From: Fibrobacterales bacterium
Lineage (GTDB): Bacteria > Fibrobacterota > Fibrobacteria > Fibrobacterales > JAOPTW01
Assembly: GCA_051532055.1 (NCBI GenBank)
Contig: JAOPTX010000044.1
Coordinates: 98,947-135,094 of the forward strand
Length of the DNA stretch: 36,148 nt
Reading direction: 5' to 3'
Made by a program: the position numbers and the translations under genes. Positions 6,986 to 16,111 of the stretch are shown one piece after another. Under the pieces are notes generated by a model. The model had not been told where the DNA came from, made no database searches, and saw nothing but the letters and a program-made list of their open reading frames with translations. Position 1 is the stretch's first letter. Every line of letters starts with the position of its first letter.

Positions 6986-9727
6986 GTGAAAAAGAAAGCG
7001 CACAACACAAAAGTATCTAACGTATTTTCTAAACAGTATCTAATAATTGCAATGTTTTTATGTTTAGCAGTAATCGAAGTATATGCAAATCCAGTAATAA
7101 TCAATAGCTTTAATAGTGCCCAAGATTGGACGGGCTTGAAAACAACACCTCATGGACTCCCTATGGCCCGTAGTGGGTTCAATAACGTAAATATTGAAGG
7201 GGGAACTGTTGGATATGTGTATCTCTGGGGTGGAACGAATGGTAAGACTGGAGTCATTCAAATGGATGTCTCTGATCTCTCAGGTCTTGCTGACCTCGTT
7301 CTGACCAGTAGTGCTCCCAAAGATGTAGCGGAACATTTACATGTGAGTCTCTACGATGGGAACTGGCATACCGTAATCCTGGGCGATTATGGCTCCCTTC
7401 GCGGATCAATGTCGGATATTTCTATCCCACTTAAAGATTTTAATGCGAACCTTAGTTCAGTATCAACACTAAAACTTGAGTATAAAGCCCCAGGTTTTGT
7501 AGCTATGGAGCACCGCATTAATCACATAGAGGCATCGGGAATTGGTAATACTGCCCCTGTTGCTCAGGGTGAATCGTATTCTGTCACTGAAGACCACTCG
7601 CTTATTGTAAATGGAACGGGTGTATTGAGTAATGATAGCGATGCTGAAGGTGATGCATTGACTGCAACAATTACCAGTCAAAGTACTCAGGGAACAGTAA
7701 CCTTGAATAGTAATGGTTCATTTGTATTTGTACCTACCTATAACTTCTCAGGAGCAACCTCATTCTCTTATCGCGCATATGATGGAATAGCCTATTCAAA
7801 TACTACAGTGGTATCGATAACGGTTAATGGCGTTAATGATGCACCCATTGGGCGTTCAGATACTTATTCAACATCAGAAGATACTGACCTCTCTATTAGG
7901 GCACCCGGCGTATTAAGTAATGATACGGATCCCGATAATGATCCTCTGACAGTACAATTAATTTCAACGGTTTCCTCTGGTACACTTACTCTCGATAGTA
8001 ATGGTGCATTTGAGTATAGCCCCATCCCTGATTGGAATGGTACTACGCAGTTTAGCTATAGTGCATTTGATGGGGTAGCATATACTGACACCGTTGTAGT
8101 ACAACTTGTAGTAGCTTCAGTAAATGATGCACCGATTGCATTACATGACTCTTACTCACTGATGGAAGATTCAACACTTGTAATTACTGGCTCCGGAATA
8201 CTCGCAAATGATAGCGACCTAGAGGGGGATGCTCTTACTGCAATACTTAATTCAAATGTTACCAATGGCACATTACAATTACAATCAAATGGCTCGTTAC
8301 GCTATACTCCTGATGCAAACTTTTTTGGAAGAGATAGTTTTTCCTATACTGCCTTTGATGGGACAGATGCATCAAATGTGAGTTTTGTATTTTTTGATAT
8401 CGCAGGTCAAAATGATGCTCCAGTAGCACAAAGTGATAATGCATCGGTTTCTGAAAATGGTTCAGTAACGGTAAATGCTCCGGGGCTTCTCGGTAATGAT
8501 TCTGATGTTGATAACGACCCATTAACGGCAGAACTTGGTAATGATGTGACTCATGGTAGTTTAGTCCTCAATAGCAATGGCTCATTTACCTATACGCCTG
8601 ATCAATATTATGCAGGTACGGACTCATTTACGTATAGAGCAAAAGATGCGAGCTCATATTCAATTGGTACTGTAGTGACAATTTCTATTACTGCTATTGC
8701 TCCTATTATAACAGTACAACCACAAGATCAAAGTGTACTTGTTGGAGGAATGGCAACTTTTAGTATTAGTGCTGCCGGTTCTTCTATTCAGTATCAATGG
8801 TTTAAAAATGGGGTAGCCCTTTCTGGAGCAACGCAGGCTCAATATAACACTGCAGCTGCAACCATTGCAGATGATAGCACGCGCTACTCTGTAACTGTTT
8901 CAAACAGTGCAGGATCTATTTCAAGTAATAATGCGATTCTTTCAGTATCAACTATACCGGTACCACCTATTGTAATTACCCAACCTGTTTCTCAAACGAC
9001 GAAAGAAGGCAAAGCGATAGTATTGAGTTTGGTTGCGACAGGTACCGGCCCAATGTCCTATCAATGGTATAAAGATGGCGTTGTAATAGCAGGTGCAGTA
9101 TCAGATATGTATACCACTCCAGTACTTGATAGAACGGATGATAGCACCTACTTTTTTGCAATTGTAACAAATGCCCTTGGTGACGATACTTCAGATGTCG
9201 CACTACTTAGAGTATTGGCAACAGTGCCCGACAATAAAAAAATAGCAATAGCAGGTGAGTTATATGATGTGAATGGGACACCTCTTGGAAATCCTGTCCC
9301 TGTAGCAATAGACTTCTCTGTAACACTCTACAACGCAGAGGTTGGAGGGGATACGCTCTATACTGAACATTTTATGGCGAGTAATGGTGAAGCAATAACA
9401 GTGAGTGATGGACATTTTGTAGTACGTCTTGGGGAAGGAGTTGCTACAACAAATCTTCAACAGGTAGTGACTAATAATGCCCGCATATGGGTTGAAATTA
9501 CCGTAAATGATGGTACTCCTGATGTGCTTTCTCCACGAACTCCTATGACTGCAGCACCTTTTTCACTTGCAACACCGAATCCAATTAAAGCAACGTCAAT
9601 TGTGTTAGAAGCGGCAGGAGAACCAAATGTACTCGGAGTTACTGCAACAATAGGAACCTATTATGTGAATACTCTCGATGGCTCAACGTGGTTAAAAATT
9701 AATACTCAATGGATAATAGTACAGTAG
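6986..9727 (+). CDS. Large secreted adhesin-like protein: putative CBM-like N-domain, 4x Big_9/cadherin-like repeats, 2x Ig domains, C-terminal fibre-base-like module
   Basis: Signal peptide ending VYA; four 96-aa N[DT]AP...GVL.ND.D.[ED].D.LT...G.F.Y.P repeats; two P.I..QP...YQW.K.G Ig domains. Start set at GTG 6986 after GAGGGG. Confidence 0.85.
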   Translation: MKKKAHNTKVSNVFSKQYLIIAMFLCLAVIEVYANPVIINSFNSAQDWTGLKTTPHGLPMARSGFNNVNIEGGTVGYVYLWGGTNGKTGVIQMDVSDLSGLADLVLTSSAPKDVAEHLHVSLYDGNWHTVILGDYGSLRGSMSDISIPLKDFNANLSSVSTLKLEYKAPGFVAMEHRINHIEASGIGNTAPVAQGESYSVTEDHSLIVNGTGVLSNDSDAEGDALTATITSQSTQGTVTLNSNGSFVFVPTYNFSGATSFSYRAYDGIAYSNTTVVSITVNGVNDAPIGRSDTYSTSEDTDLSIRAPGVLSNDTDPDNDPLTVQLISTVSSGTLTLDSNGAFEYSPIPDWNGTTQFSYSAFDGVAYTDTVVVQLVVASVNDAPIALHDSYSLMEDSTLVITGSGILANDSDLEGDALTAILNSNVTNGTLQLQSNGSLRYTPDANFFGRDSFSYTAFDGTDASNVSFVFFDIAGQNDAPVAQSDNASVSENGSVTVNAPGLLGNDSDVDNDPLTAELGNDVTHGSLVLNSNGSFTYTPDQYYAGTDSFTYRAKDASSYSIGTVVTISITAIAPIITVQPQDQSVLVGGMATFSISAAGSSIQYQWFKNGVALSGATQAQYNTAAATIADDSTRYSVTVSNSAGSISSNNAILSVSTIPVPPIVITQPVSQTTKEGKAIVLSLVATGTGPMSYQWYKDGVVIAGAVSDMYTTPVLDRTDDSTYFFAIVTNALGDDTSDVALLRVLATVPDNKKIAIAGELYDVNGTPLGNPVPVAIDFSVTLYNAEVGGDTLYTEHFMASNGEAITVSDGHFVVRLGEGVATTNLQQVVTNNARIWVEITVNDGTPDVLSPRTPMTAAPFSLATPNPIKATSIVLEAAGEPNVLGVTATIGTYYVNTLDGSTWLKINTQWIIVQ
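7547..8698 (+). repeat. Four tandem 288-bp (96-aa) Big_9/tandem-95-type coding repeats
   Basis: Repeat starts at 7547, 7835, 8123 and 8411 (NTAPVA, NDAPIG, NDAPIA, NDAPVA) with exact 288-nt period; diverged at DNA level. Confidence 0.9.
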
Positions 9728-9730
9728 AAC

Positions 9731-9752
9731 ACCAGTAAACGAACCAGTAAAC
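9731..9752 (+). repeat. 10-bp direct repeat ACCAGTAAAC x2
   Basis: Copies at 9731-9740 and 9743-9752 in the 37-nt gap, directly before the AAGGA SD of the protease gene. Confidence 0.7.
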
Positions 9753-9764
9753 AAGGATTTAAAA

Positions 9765-12700
9765 ATGAAAATATTTAGACCATTTCATTTTTCCGTATTG
9801 TGGTATGTTGTTTGTATAGTGGTCATGGCTATACAAACTGCGTGGGCTGTTGCACCGGAAGAAGAGAACACAGTACCCTTAATGTCAAATAATCTATTTG
9901 AACGAGGGTTAAAAAATGTTAAAAAAGTCACGATTGATGATCTTAAAAATGTAGGAGAATCAATTATGGCACGTACAGTCTCACTTAATGGAGAGATTAA
10001 GTACGAAATAATTGAACGGCTCAACACTCGATTTAAAGAACATTTCTCTATAATGGAAGAAGTGTCTACTAAAAAAGATAAGCGGGGTAATACTCATATT
10101 CGTTTACAGCAGCGCTTTAAAAACGTTCCTGTTATTGGTGGCGATATCATTGTACATATAAATAAAGGCAATGAGGTTTATGCTGTTTCAGGTGGAATAG
10201 CAAAAGATCTAAACCTTGAAGTTAATTTGTTTAAAATATTGATGAGTGTAAATGGCCCTCTAGTGGGGAGCTTTAGTAATGAGTCAATGGATATGGAATC
10301 CGAAGAGTTAACTGTTTTTAATGGTTCCGTAGCATGGCAAAGAATATTTCGTGATACAACAAAAACAGTTGAAGGCCGATGGAAAGTGTATGTTGATGCC
10401 TTGACTGGTGAAGAATTGTTTATTGAAAACCAGATAATTCATGCCGCTCCTAGCGGTGGACAAACTCACATGGTACATGGTTCTATACTTCCTGATGAGG
10501 GGGGGCATAGAGTTACCATAGATGGATGGGTTGATATCCACACTAATTATTTCTTGTATAATGCCATCAATAAATGGAAAATTACAAATGATAATACGAA
10601 TGATTGGGAATTTAATTCGAGTGATGATTGGGGAGGGAACGATCCTGCAGCAATCTCATTAGCAAAGAATATTGAAGTAATTCAAGAGTATGTTTCAAAT
10701 GTAATTGGATTGAATAGTTATGATGATAATGGTACACCGATACATTGCCATGTACATACTGGTTCGAATTATGTTAATGCCTATTGGAATGGGAGAGGGT
10801 TATACTTTGGTGATGGAAACGGTACAACTGCAAACGCATTAACGGTTCTCGATATTGCTGCTCATGAATATGGACATGCAATTACCACATACTCTTCGAA
10901 TTTAGTTTACTCCTATGAATCAGGGGCATTGAATGAATCTTTTTCAGATATAATTGGTGCTCTTGTCGAATTTGATACACAAGCGGATGGGCGTACTGAG
11001 TATCCAGATAGTCGAGGTGGAGAATCTGATTGGCTAATCGGAGAAGATAGTTGGGTAAGTAGAGATGCATTGAGAGATATGCAAAACCCGAATCGTTTTA
11101 GTCAACCAAAGTTTTATAAAGGTCCTTATTGGTATTCAGGAAGTAGTGATAATGGTGGTGTTCATACTAATAGTGGGGTGCAGAACTATGTTTTTTACCT
11201 TCTTGCTGAGGGTGGTGCTGGAGTAAATAATGGTACCTCATACTCGGTCATAGCAATGGGCATTGAACAGGCTGGTGAAATTGCGATGCATGCTAATATG
11301 TATAACCTCTCAAGTAATGCGACCTATGCTGATTCTCGAGATGCATGGATTCTCGCAGCAACATCTCTTGGATATAGTACTGTACAGGTTCAGGCAGCAT
11401 GGGCAGCAGTTGGTGTTGGAGCTGTTGCACAAACATCTTACCTTGAAGTCCTTCAAGATTCAGTTGTATTTGATACTGTCCCCGTTGGGATAATCGATAC
11501 GCTTTCAATTACGTTACGTAATAGTGGAACCTATGAAACGGTGGTCAACTCACTCTCAAGTTCAAATAACCATTTCAGCCTTGTGAATCATTCTCCATTT
11601 GTTGTACCAGCTCAGGGAGAGTATATACTTAATATTATTTTTACACCAACAGCCTCGAGGTCTGAGTATGGAGAGTTGACTATACAAAGTTCCGCTGATG
11701 ATTATCCTGAAATTATAGTACCACTGGTTGGAGAGGGTATGGAGCCTCCCCAATTAGAAATTTCAAAAAATGCGATAGAAGTGATGGTACTCCCTAATGA
11801 GATATATATCGACTCTTTGATTATTACAAATAATGGTAGTGCTCCTTTAGAGTATCACCTTGAAACGAATAATACTCAGTATGTGCCCTTAAACCCCGTC
11901 ACTCAGGTCTACCCAGATTCCTGGCATCAACCGACACCTAAAGGGGGCGTAGATGCTGTTCTTGGTAATCCTATAGCGGTCAGTACCGGGGGGCCGGATG
12001 CTTATGGCTACCTATGGGAAGATTCAGATGCCCGTAGTGGTATATCTTTTAGTTGGGAAGATATCAGCAGTAGCGGTATCATTCTCGATTCGATTTCTGT
12101 GTGTGATGATTGTTTCGAATCAGTGACCCTTCCTTTTGAATTTGAATTCTATGGAAATCGTTTTTCTTCAATGCACGTGAGTTCTAACGGAACGATAAAT
12201 TTTGGTGTGGGACTTTCGCCGTTGGGCAATGTAGTATTGCCTTCGACCGTTGCCCCTGAAAATCTCGTTGCTGGACTATGGGATGATCTTGTTCCACGGA
12301 TATCGGGTACAATCTATATGGAGTCATTTTCAGATCGAGTTATTGTACAGTATGACTCGGTTCGGCAAATAGGCACCCTTAATGATTTTACATTTCAGAT
12401 GGTACTCTATAAAAATGGCAGTATACAATACAATTACCTTAAGGTAGAAGGGAGCGCAGCAAGTGCTACTGTTGGCATTCAAAATGGAATGCAAAATGAT
12501 GGATTAACAGTAGTCTACAATGCCCCATATATTCACGACTCTCTTTCGGTATTGATCTATACTGGATCTACTTTCATAGATCTTGAGCACGATAATGGTG
12601 TGGTACGAGCGGGAGAGAGTGATACTGTTGCCATAGCTTTCAATAGGGTAGGAATGGCTGAAGGTGTCTATACGGCAGACCTGCAATTGACTCATAATGA

Positions 12701-13556
12701 TCCAGATATTGTAAATCCGGTAATTATTCCCGTTTCCCTTATTATTGAGTCAACCCCTGTTTCAAAGCTCGAAGCATCGGTTACTTCGATTACTTTCGGT
12801 GCGGTACCACTAGGTCGATCAAACGTTAAAGAGTTGGTTTTACGGAATTTTGGGAATAGTGATACCCATATATCTCAATTCCAATGTTCTATAAGTGGTA
12901 TTGGAACTAATATTGTAGTTCCGGTAACTATAGCTGCCCATGGTGAATATCGAGTACAGCTTGAATATACGCCAAATCAGGTTGAACAAAGAGTTGGTCA
13001 AATAGTTATTAGTAGTGATGCATCTGGAAATTCTCCATTGGAAATTGATATTGCAGTTGAGTCATATCAAGCAGCAGATTTATACGTGTCACCAAGTGAA
13101 ATTAACCGAGCAACGCTTGCAGGGAAAACCATAGTTGAAAAAGGCACGCTCATAAATAATGGGGGAATACCTCTTAATTTCGTTATTGGATTTGAGAACG
13201 TCTCTATTGGTGATTCAATCGTCTGGATAACAACACCAACCGACTCAGGAGTAATTGTCCCTGGACTTTCACATGAAATTAATGTTGAATTAAATGCTAA
13301 TCAATTGTCCCCTGGAATGTATAGTGCGCTTATTACAATTGAATATAATGGTATTGATGGTGTAGCGTTTGATTCGATACCAGTAACGTTTACCGTTATA
13401 GATTCTGCTGTGACCGGTTCAACTCATGTTCATTCTGTTGGCCCTGGGCATGAATCAGTTATGAGTGGTTCAAAATATCAAGCGTATGGCGTATCTCTTG
13501 GTAGTGCAGTAAATGGAACCTTTCAAGGGCGTCGATACAAAGCCTATATACGGTAA
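9765..13556 (+). CDS. Secreted M4 (thermolysin-family) zinc metallopeptidase with FTP propeptide, ASH/choice-of-anchor-D-like Ig domains and a nidogen-like domain
   Basis: Signal peptide ending AWA; HIRLQQRFKNVPVIG (FTP); NAYWNG, HEYGH (10863-10877), GALNESFSD and DNGGVHTNSG; repeated L.N.G Ig domains; GGPDAYGY...LPFEFEFYG...VSSNG...LWDDL domain. Confidence 0.92.
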   Translation: MKIFRPFHFSVLWYVVCIVVMAIQTAWAVAPEEENTVPLMSNNLFERGLKNVKKVTIDDLKNVGESIMARTVSLNGEIKYEIIERLNTRFKEHFSIMEEVSTKKDKRGNTHIRLQQRFKNVPVIGGDIIVHINKGNEVYAVSGGIAKDLNLEVNLFKILMSVNGPLVGSFSNESMDMESEELTVFNGSVAWQRIFRDTTKTVEGRWKVYVDALTGEELFIENQIIHAAPSGGQTHMVHGSILPDEGGHRVTIDGWVDIHTNYFLYNAINKWKITNDNTNDWEFNSSDDWGGNDPAAISLAKNIEVIQEYVSNVIGLNSYDDNGTPIHCHVHTGSNYVNAYWNGRGLYFGDGNGTTANALTVLDIAAHEYGHAITTYSSNLVYSYESGALNESFSDIIGALVEFDTQADGRTEYPDSRGGESDWLIGEDSWVSRDALRDMQNPNRFSQPKFYKGPYWYSGSSDNGGVHTNSGVQNYVFYLLAEGGAGVNNGTSYSVIAMGIEQAGEIAMHANMYNLSSNATYADSRDAWILAATSLGYSTVQVQAAWAAVGVGAVAQTSYLEVLQDSVVFDTVPVGIIDTLSITLRNSGTYETVVNSLSSSNNHFSLVNHSPFVVPAQGEYILNIIFTPTASRSEYGELTIQSSADDYPEIIVPLVGEGMEPPQLEISKNAIEVMVLPNEIYIDSLIITNNGSAPLEYHLETNNTQYVPLNPVTQVYPDSWHQPTPKGGVDAVLGNPIAVSTGGPDAYGYLWEDSDARSGISFSWEDISSSGIILDSISVCDDCFESVTLPFEFEFYGNRFSSMHVSSNGTINFGVGLSPLGNVVLPSTVAPENLVAGLWDDLVPRISGTIYMESFSDRVIVQYDSVRQIGTLNDFTFQMVLYKNGSIQYNYLKVEGSAASATVGIQNGMQNDGLTVVYNAPYIHDSLSVLIYTGSTFIDLEHDNGVVRAGESDTVAIAFNRVGMAEGVYTADLQLTHNDPDIVNPVIIPVSLIIESTPVSKLEASVTSITFGAVPLGRSNVKELVLRNFGNSDTHISQFQCSISGIGTNIVVPVTIAAHGEYRVQLEYTPNQVEQRVGQIVISSDASGNSPLEIDIAVESYQAADLYVSPSEINRATLAGKTIVEKGTLINNGGIPLNFVIGFENVSIGDSIVWITTPTDSGVIVPGLSHEINVELNANQLSPGMYSALITIEYNGIDGVAFDSIPVTFTVIDSAVTGSTHVHSVGPGHESVMSGSKYQAYGVSLGSAVNGTFQGRRYKAYIR

Positions 13557-13592
13557 GCTTATTTAAAAAGCATCATGGTATATCATGTTTTC

Positions 13593-13623
13593 AAAAAAAG
13601 CCCGATTAGATTCGGGCTTTTTT
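13593..13623. terminator. Bidirectional intrinsic terminator
   Basis: AAAAAAAGCCCGA-TTAGAT-TCGGGCTTTTTT between convergent genes. Confidence 0.88.
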
Positions 13624-13735
13624 AATACGGCCGTTAACGTTCATCCGTATATTTAGCACACAAACTATACGGAGGAGGGTAATGTCGTTGATTAGATAAA
13701 TCGAGTTGAAAACTTTTTTATAATATGAGCGGATA

Positions 13736-14713
13736 TTATTGATCACAGAGTTCGAGAAAATTTGAAATTCTAAAAATGGCAACATACTCTCGGAATTTAA
13801 ATACGCGGTCAAAGCGTTCTGGTTCAACACAAATAATACTTTCAGAATGAGTAGAGTGCATAGATTTAATTTTTTTCACATCTTCTCGAACGACTCCATT
13901 TTCGGTGAGTGCATCGAGAGCATCTCTAAAAGTGGGCTCATCCATTGGGGCATCCGATTTTTTAAGAGCAAGCGCCAATTGATTAATAGTGATCTGGAGT
14001 TCGTTACCTTTTTTTGAACCCTTTTCAAAGCCAACGTATTTTAAAAATTGAATTGCTTGAACTTGTTCTTCTGTAGTAACAGTCTCTTCTGGGACACGTG
14101 TGTGATTGTGTCTTGCATAGAGATATTGGTAATACATTTCAATAGCTTCAAAATCATTTACTATGACTACATCAGGGTCCATTTCGATGAGGCTCACATT
14201 GAAGAGCCCTGAAAGGAGACGTCGTGTACCATCTTGGGGGAGCCCATAGAGAGACTCGACCTCTGCCACAATTTGAGAAATCAGAATTTCGTCTTCACCT
14301 TTGTGTGTTATGAGTACTCTCAAAAGTGAGGGGAGGCAGTGCTTTAAATCTTGCTGATATTTTTTATGAGTGGTATCACGGAGTCGTGAAACCAGAATTT
14401 TAATAATACTGACTAACCAGGGGGGGATTTTTTTATATGTCGCTTCGAGTATAGCTCGATTGATGGTGACTACTTGCGTCTCTTGAGTGGCCATTGCCGA
14501 TGCAGAGCGTGGCTCATTGTCAAAGAGCGAAAGCTCACCAAGTACAGCGCCAGGGCCAAGGGTTGCAACGGTAACACTCTTCTCGCCCTCTTTAATGATT
14601 ATGTCTACTTCACCACTGCGAATGATATACATCTCATTGCCCAAATCACCTTCGGCAAAGAGATATTCATTCGCATTAAAAGTACCACTCGCATTGGTTG
14701 CTGGTTTTGACAT
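13736..14713 (-). CDS. Cyclic nucleotide-binding (Crp/Fnr-like) protein with extended C-terminus
   Basis: LFAEGDLGNEMYIIRSGEV...GELSLFDNEPRSASA phosphate-binding cassette; C-helix ILVSRLR. Confidence 0.88.
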   Translation of the reverse strand: MSKPATNASGTFNANEYLFAEGDLGNEMYIIRSGEVDIIIKEGEKSVTVATLGPGAVLGELSLFDNEPRSASAMATQETQVVTINRAILEATYKKIPPWLVSIIKILVSRLRDTTHKKYQQDLKHCLPSLLRVLITHKGEDEILISQIVAEVESLYGLPQDGTRRLLSGLFNVSLIEMDPDVVIVNDFEAIEMYYQYLYARHNHTRVPEETVTTEEQVQAIQFLKYVGFEKGSKKGNELQITINQLALALKKSDAPMDEPTFRDALDALTENGVVREDVKKIKSMHSTHSESIICVEPERFDRVFKFREYVAIFRISNFLELCDQ

Positions 14714-14861
14714 GTCTCACATCTGGTATATTCTTATGCTCTATTATAGTAAAAAATAGGTTTGAACGCTAGAAGAGTTTCTGGATATTTATTCTCATAG
14801 AGTCATATCTATAAATACCTAGTAGCTAGGGGGCAATTATGGTGTACTGAGAGGCATTTGA

Positions 14862-15545
14862 TTAGGTATTGCAAAACTGTTCGAGTTCTTCAATATCTGA
14901 AATAGTCATTTTTTGATTGTATTGATCCTCAGACATTAATATTCCTTTTAATTTTAGAGTATTAATTGCAGTTTGAAACTGTTTTTTGGTAGCTCGAGTG
15001 AGATAGCAATACTCATCAACAAACTTCATGGTATCAAAATTCATCCAATTTGCTTTCATGATTTCGCTGTCTTCTTTACACTTGGAGAGCAGAAAGAGTC
15101 CGAGACTTTTATCCACTTTTTTAAAGAGTGGTTTATCAACCATCTTATTGGTATTTCTAATGCGTGAGGCAATAATTTTGATAACTGCAGTGAGCCATCC
15201 AGGTAGCTTTTTAAGCATGAGCCCAAAGGTCATTTCATTAATGATAGTTACTGTAGTGGGTACAGTTGCAGTCGCTGTTGCTGAACGGGGTTGGCGGTCT
15301 ATGAGGGCCATTTCACCCATAATAGCACCTTGCCCAAGTCTAGCTAATTCAATATCTTCGGGAGGTCTTCCTGTAGATATTGCTATTTCACCATTCTGGA
15401 TTATAAAAAGCTCTTTACCGACATCACCTTCGGCAAAGAGTTCTTCATCAGTCTTGAAAGTTTTTTTGGGAATAACAATCTTACGGCGTCCGGTTTTAAG
15501 CGGGCTTGAAGAATCTCCTAAATTGACTCTCGCGTTAGCTTGCAT
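14862..15545 (-). CDS. Cyclic nucleotide-binding (Crp/Fnr-like) protein
   Basis: LFAEGDVGKELFIIQNGEI...GEMALIDRQPRSATA; C-terminal wHTH-sized region. Confidence 0.88.
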   Translation of the reverse strand: MQANARVNLGDSSSPLKTGRRKIVIPKKTFKTDEELFAEGDVGKELFIIQNGEIAISTGRPPEDIELARLGQGAIMGEMALIDRQPRSATATATVPTTVTIINEMTFGLMLKKLPGWLTAVIKIIASRIRNTNKMVDKPLFKKVDKSLGLFLLSKCKEDSEIMKANWMNFDTMKFVDEYCYLTRATKKQFQTAINTLKLKGILMSEDQYNQKMTISDIEELEQFCNT

Positions 15546-15578
15546 TCCCTAGTTGAAATAGTGACTAATAAGTAGTTA

Positions 15579-15923
15579 CTATTTTCTCTCTTTAATACGA
15601 GCTGATTTACCGCTTCTTTCACGCATGTAGTAAATTTTCGCTTGACGAACTTTACCTTTGCGCTCTACTACGATAGATTCAACACGTGGTGAATGTACAG
15701 GAAAAATTCTCTCAACCGCAATTTGGCCAGAGATTTTTCTTACAGTTACAGTTTTTGCAACTCCAGCATTTTTGAGCTGAATTACTACGCCTTTAAAAGG
15801 CTGAATTCTCTCTTTGTTACCTTCAATAACTTTGAAGTTCACAGTAACAGTATCACCTGCTCTAACTTCTGGAAGGTCTGCTTTAGTATTTTCTTTATTA
15901 ATTTGTTCTAATGTCACTGACAT
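15579..15923 (-). CDS. rplS: 50S ribosomal protein L19
   Basis: GDTVTV..KVIEGNKERIQPFKGVVI...VERIFP.HSP...GKVRQAKIYYMR; context after trmD. Confidence 0.98.
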   Translation of the reverse strand: MSVTLEQINKENTKADLPEVRAGDTVTVNFKVIEGNKERIQPFKGVVIQLKNAGVAKTVTVRKISGQIAVERIFPVHSPRVESIVVERKGKVRQAKIYYMRERSGKSARIKERK

Positions 15924-16111
15924 CGTTAAAATTCCTTTTAACTAAAAATAGTCACTCTTTTTTCCAACGAAGCAAATGTAATTTATTTTACTATAAAATC
16001 CCACCCAGTGCCACGAAATTTGCATCAGATCTCATTAAAATAGTGAAAACATTTTAATATGCTCAAATTTGTACGTCTAGGTGGATATAGTAGAGGTGTT
16101 TGATGAGAGAT

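Noticed and set aside
7547..8698. Periodic repeats considered as a CRISPR array or a DGR template/variable pair
   Set aside because: In-frame 288-nt protein-domain repeats diverged at all base types; no spacers, cas genes or reverse transcriptase.
5952..13556. Possible genomic island or prophage (fibre-like motif)
   Set aside because: No integrase, transposase, tRNA, att-like repeats or phage structural genes seen; the proteins carry Sec signal peptides.
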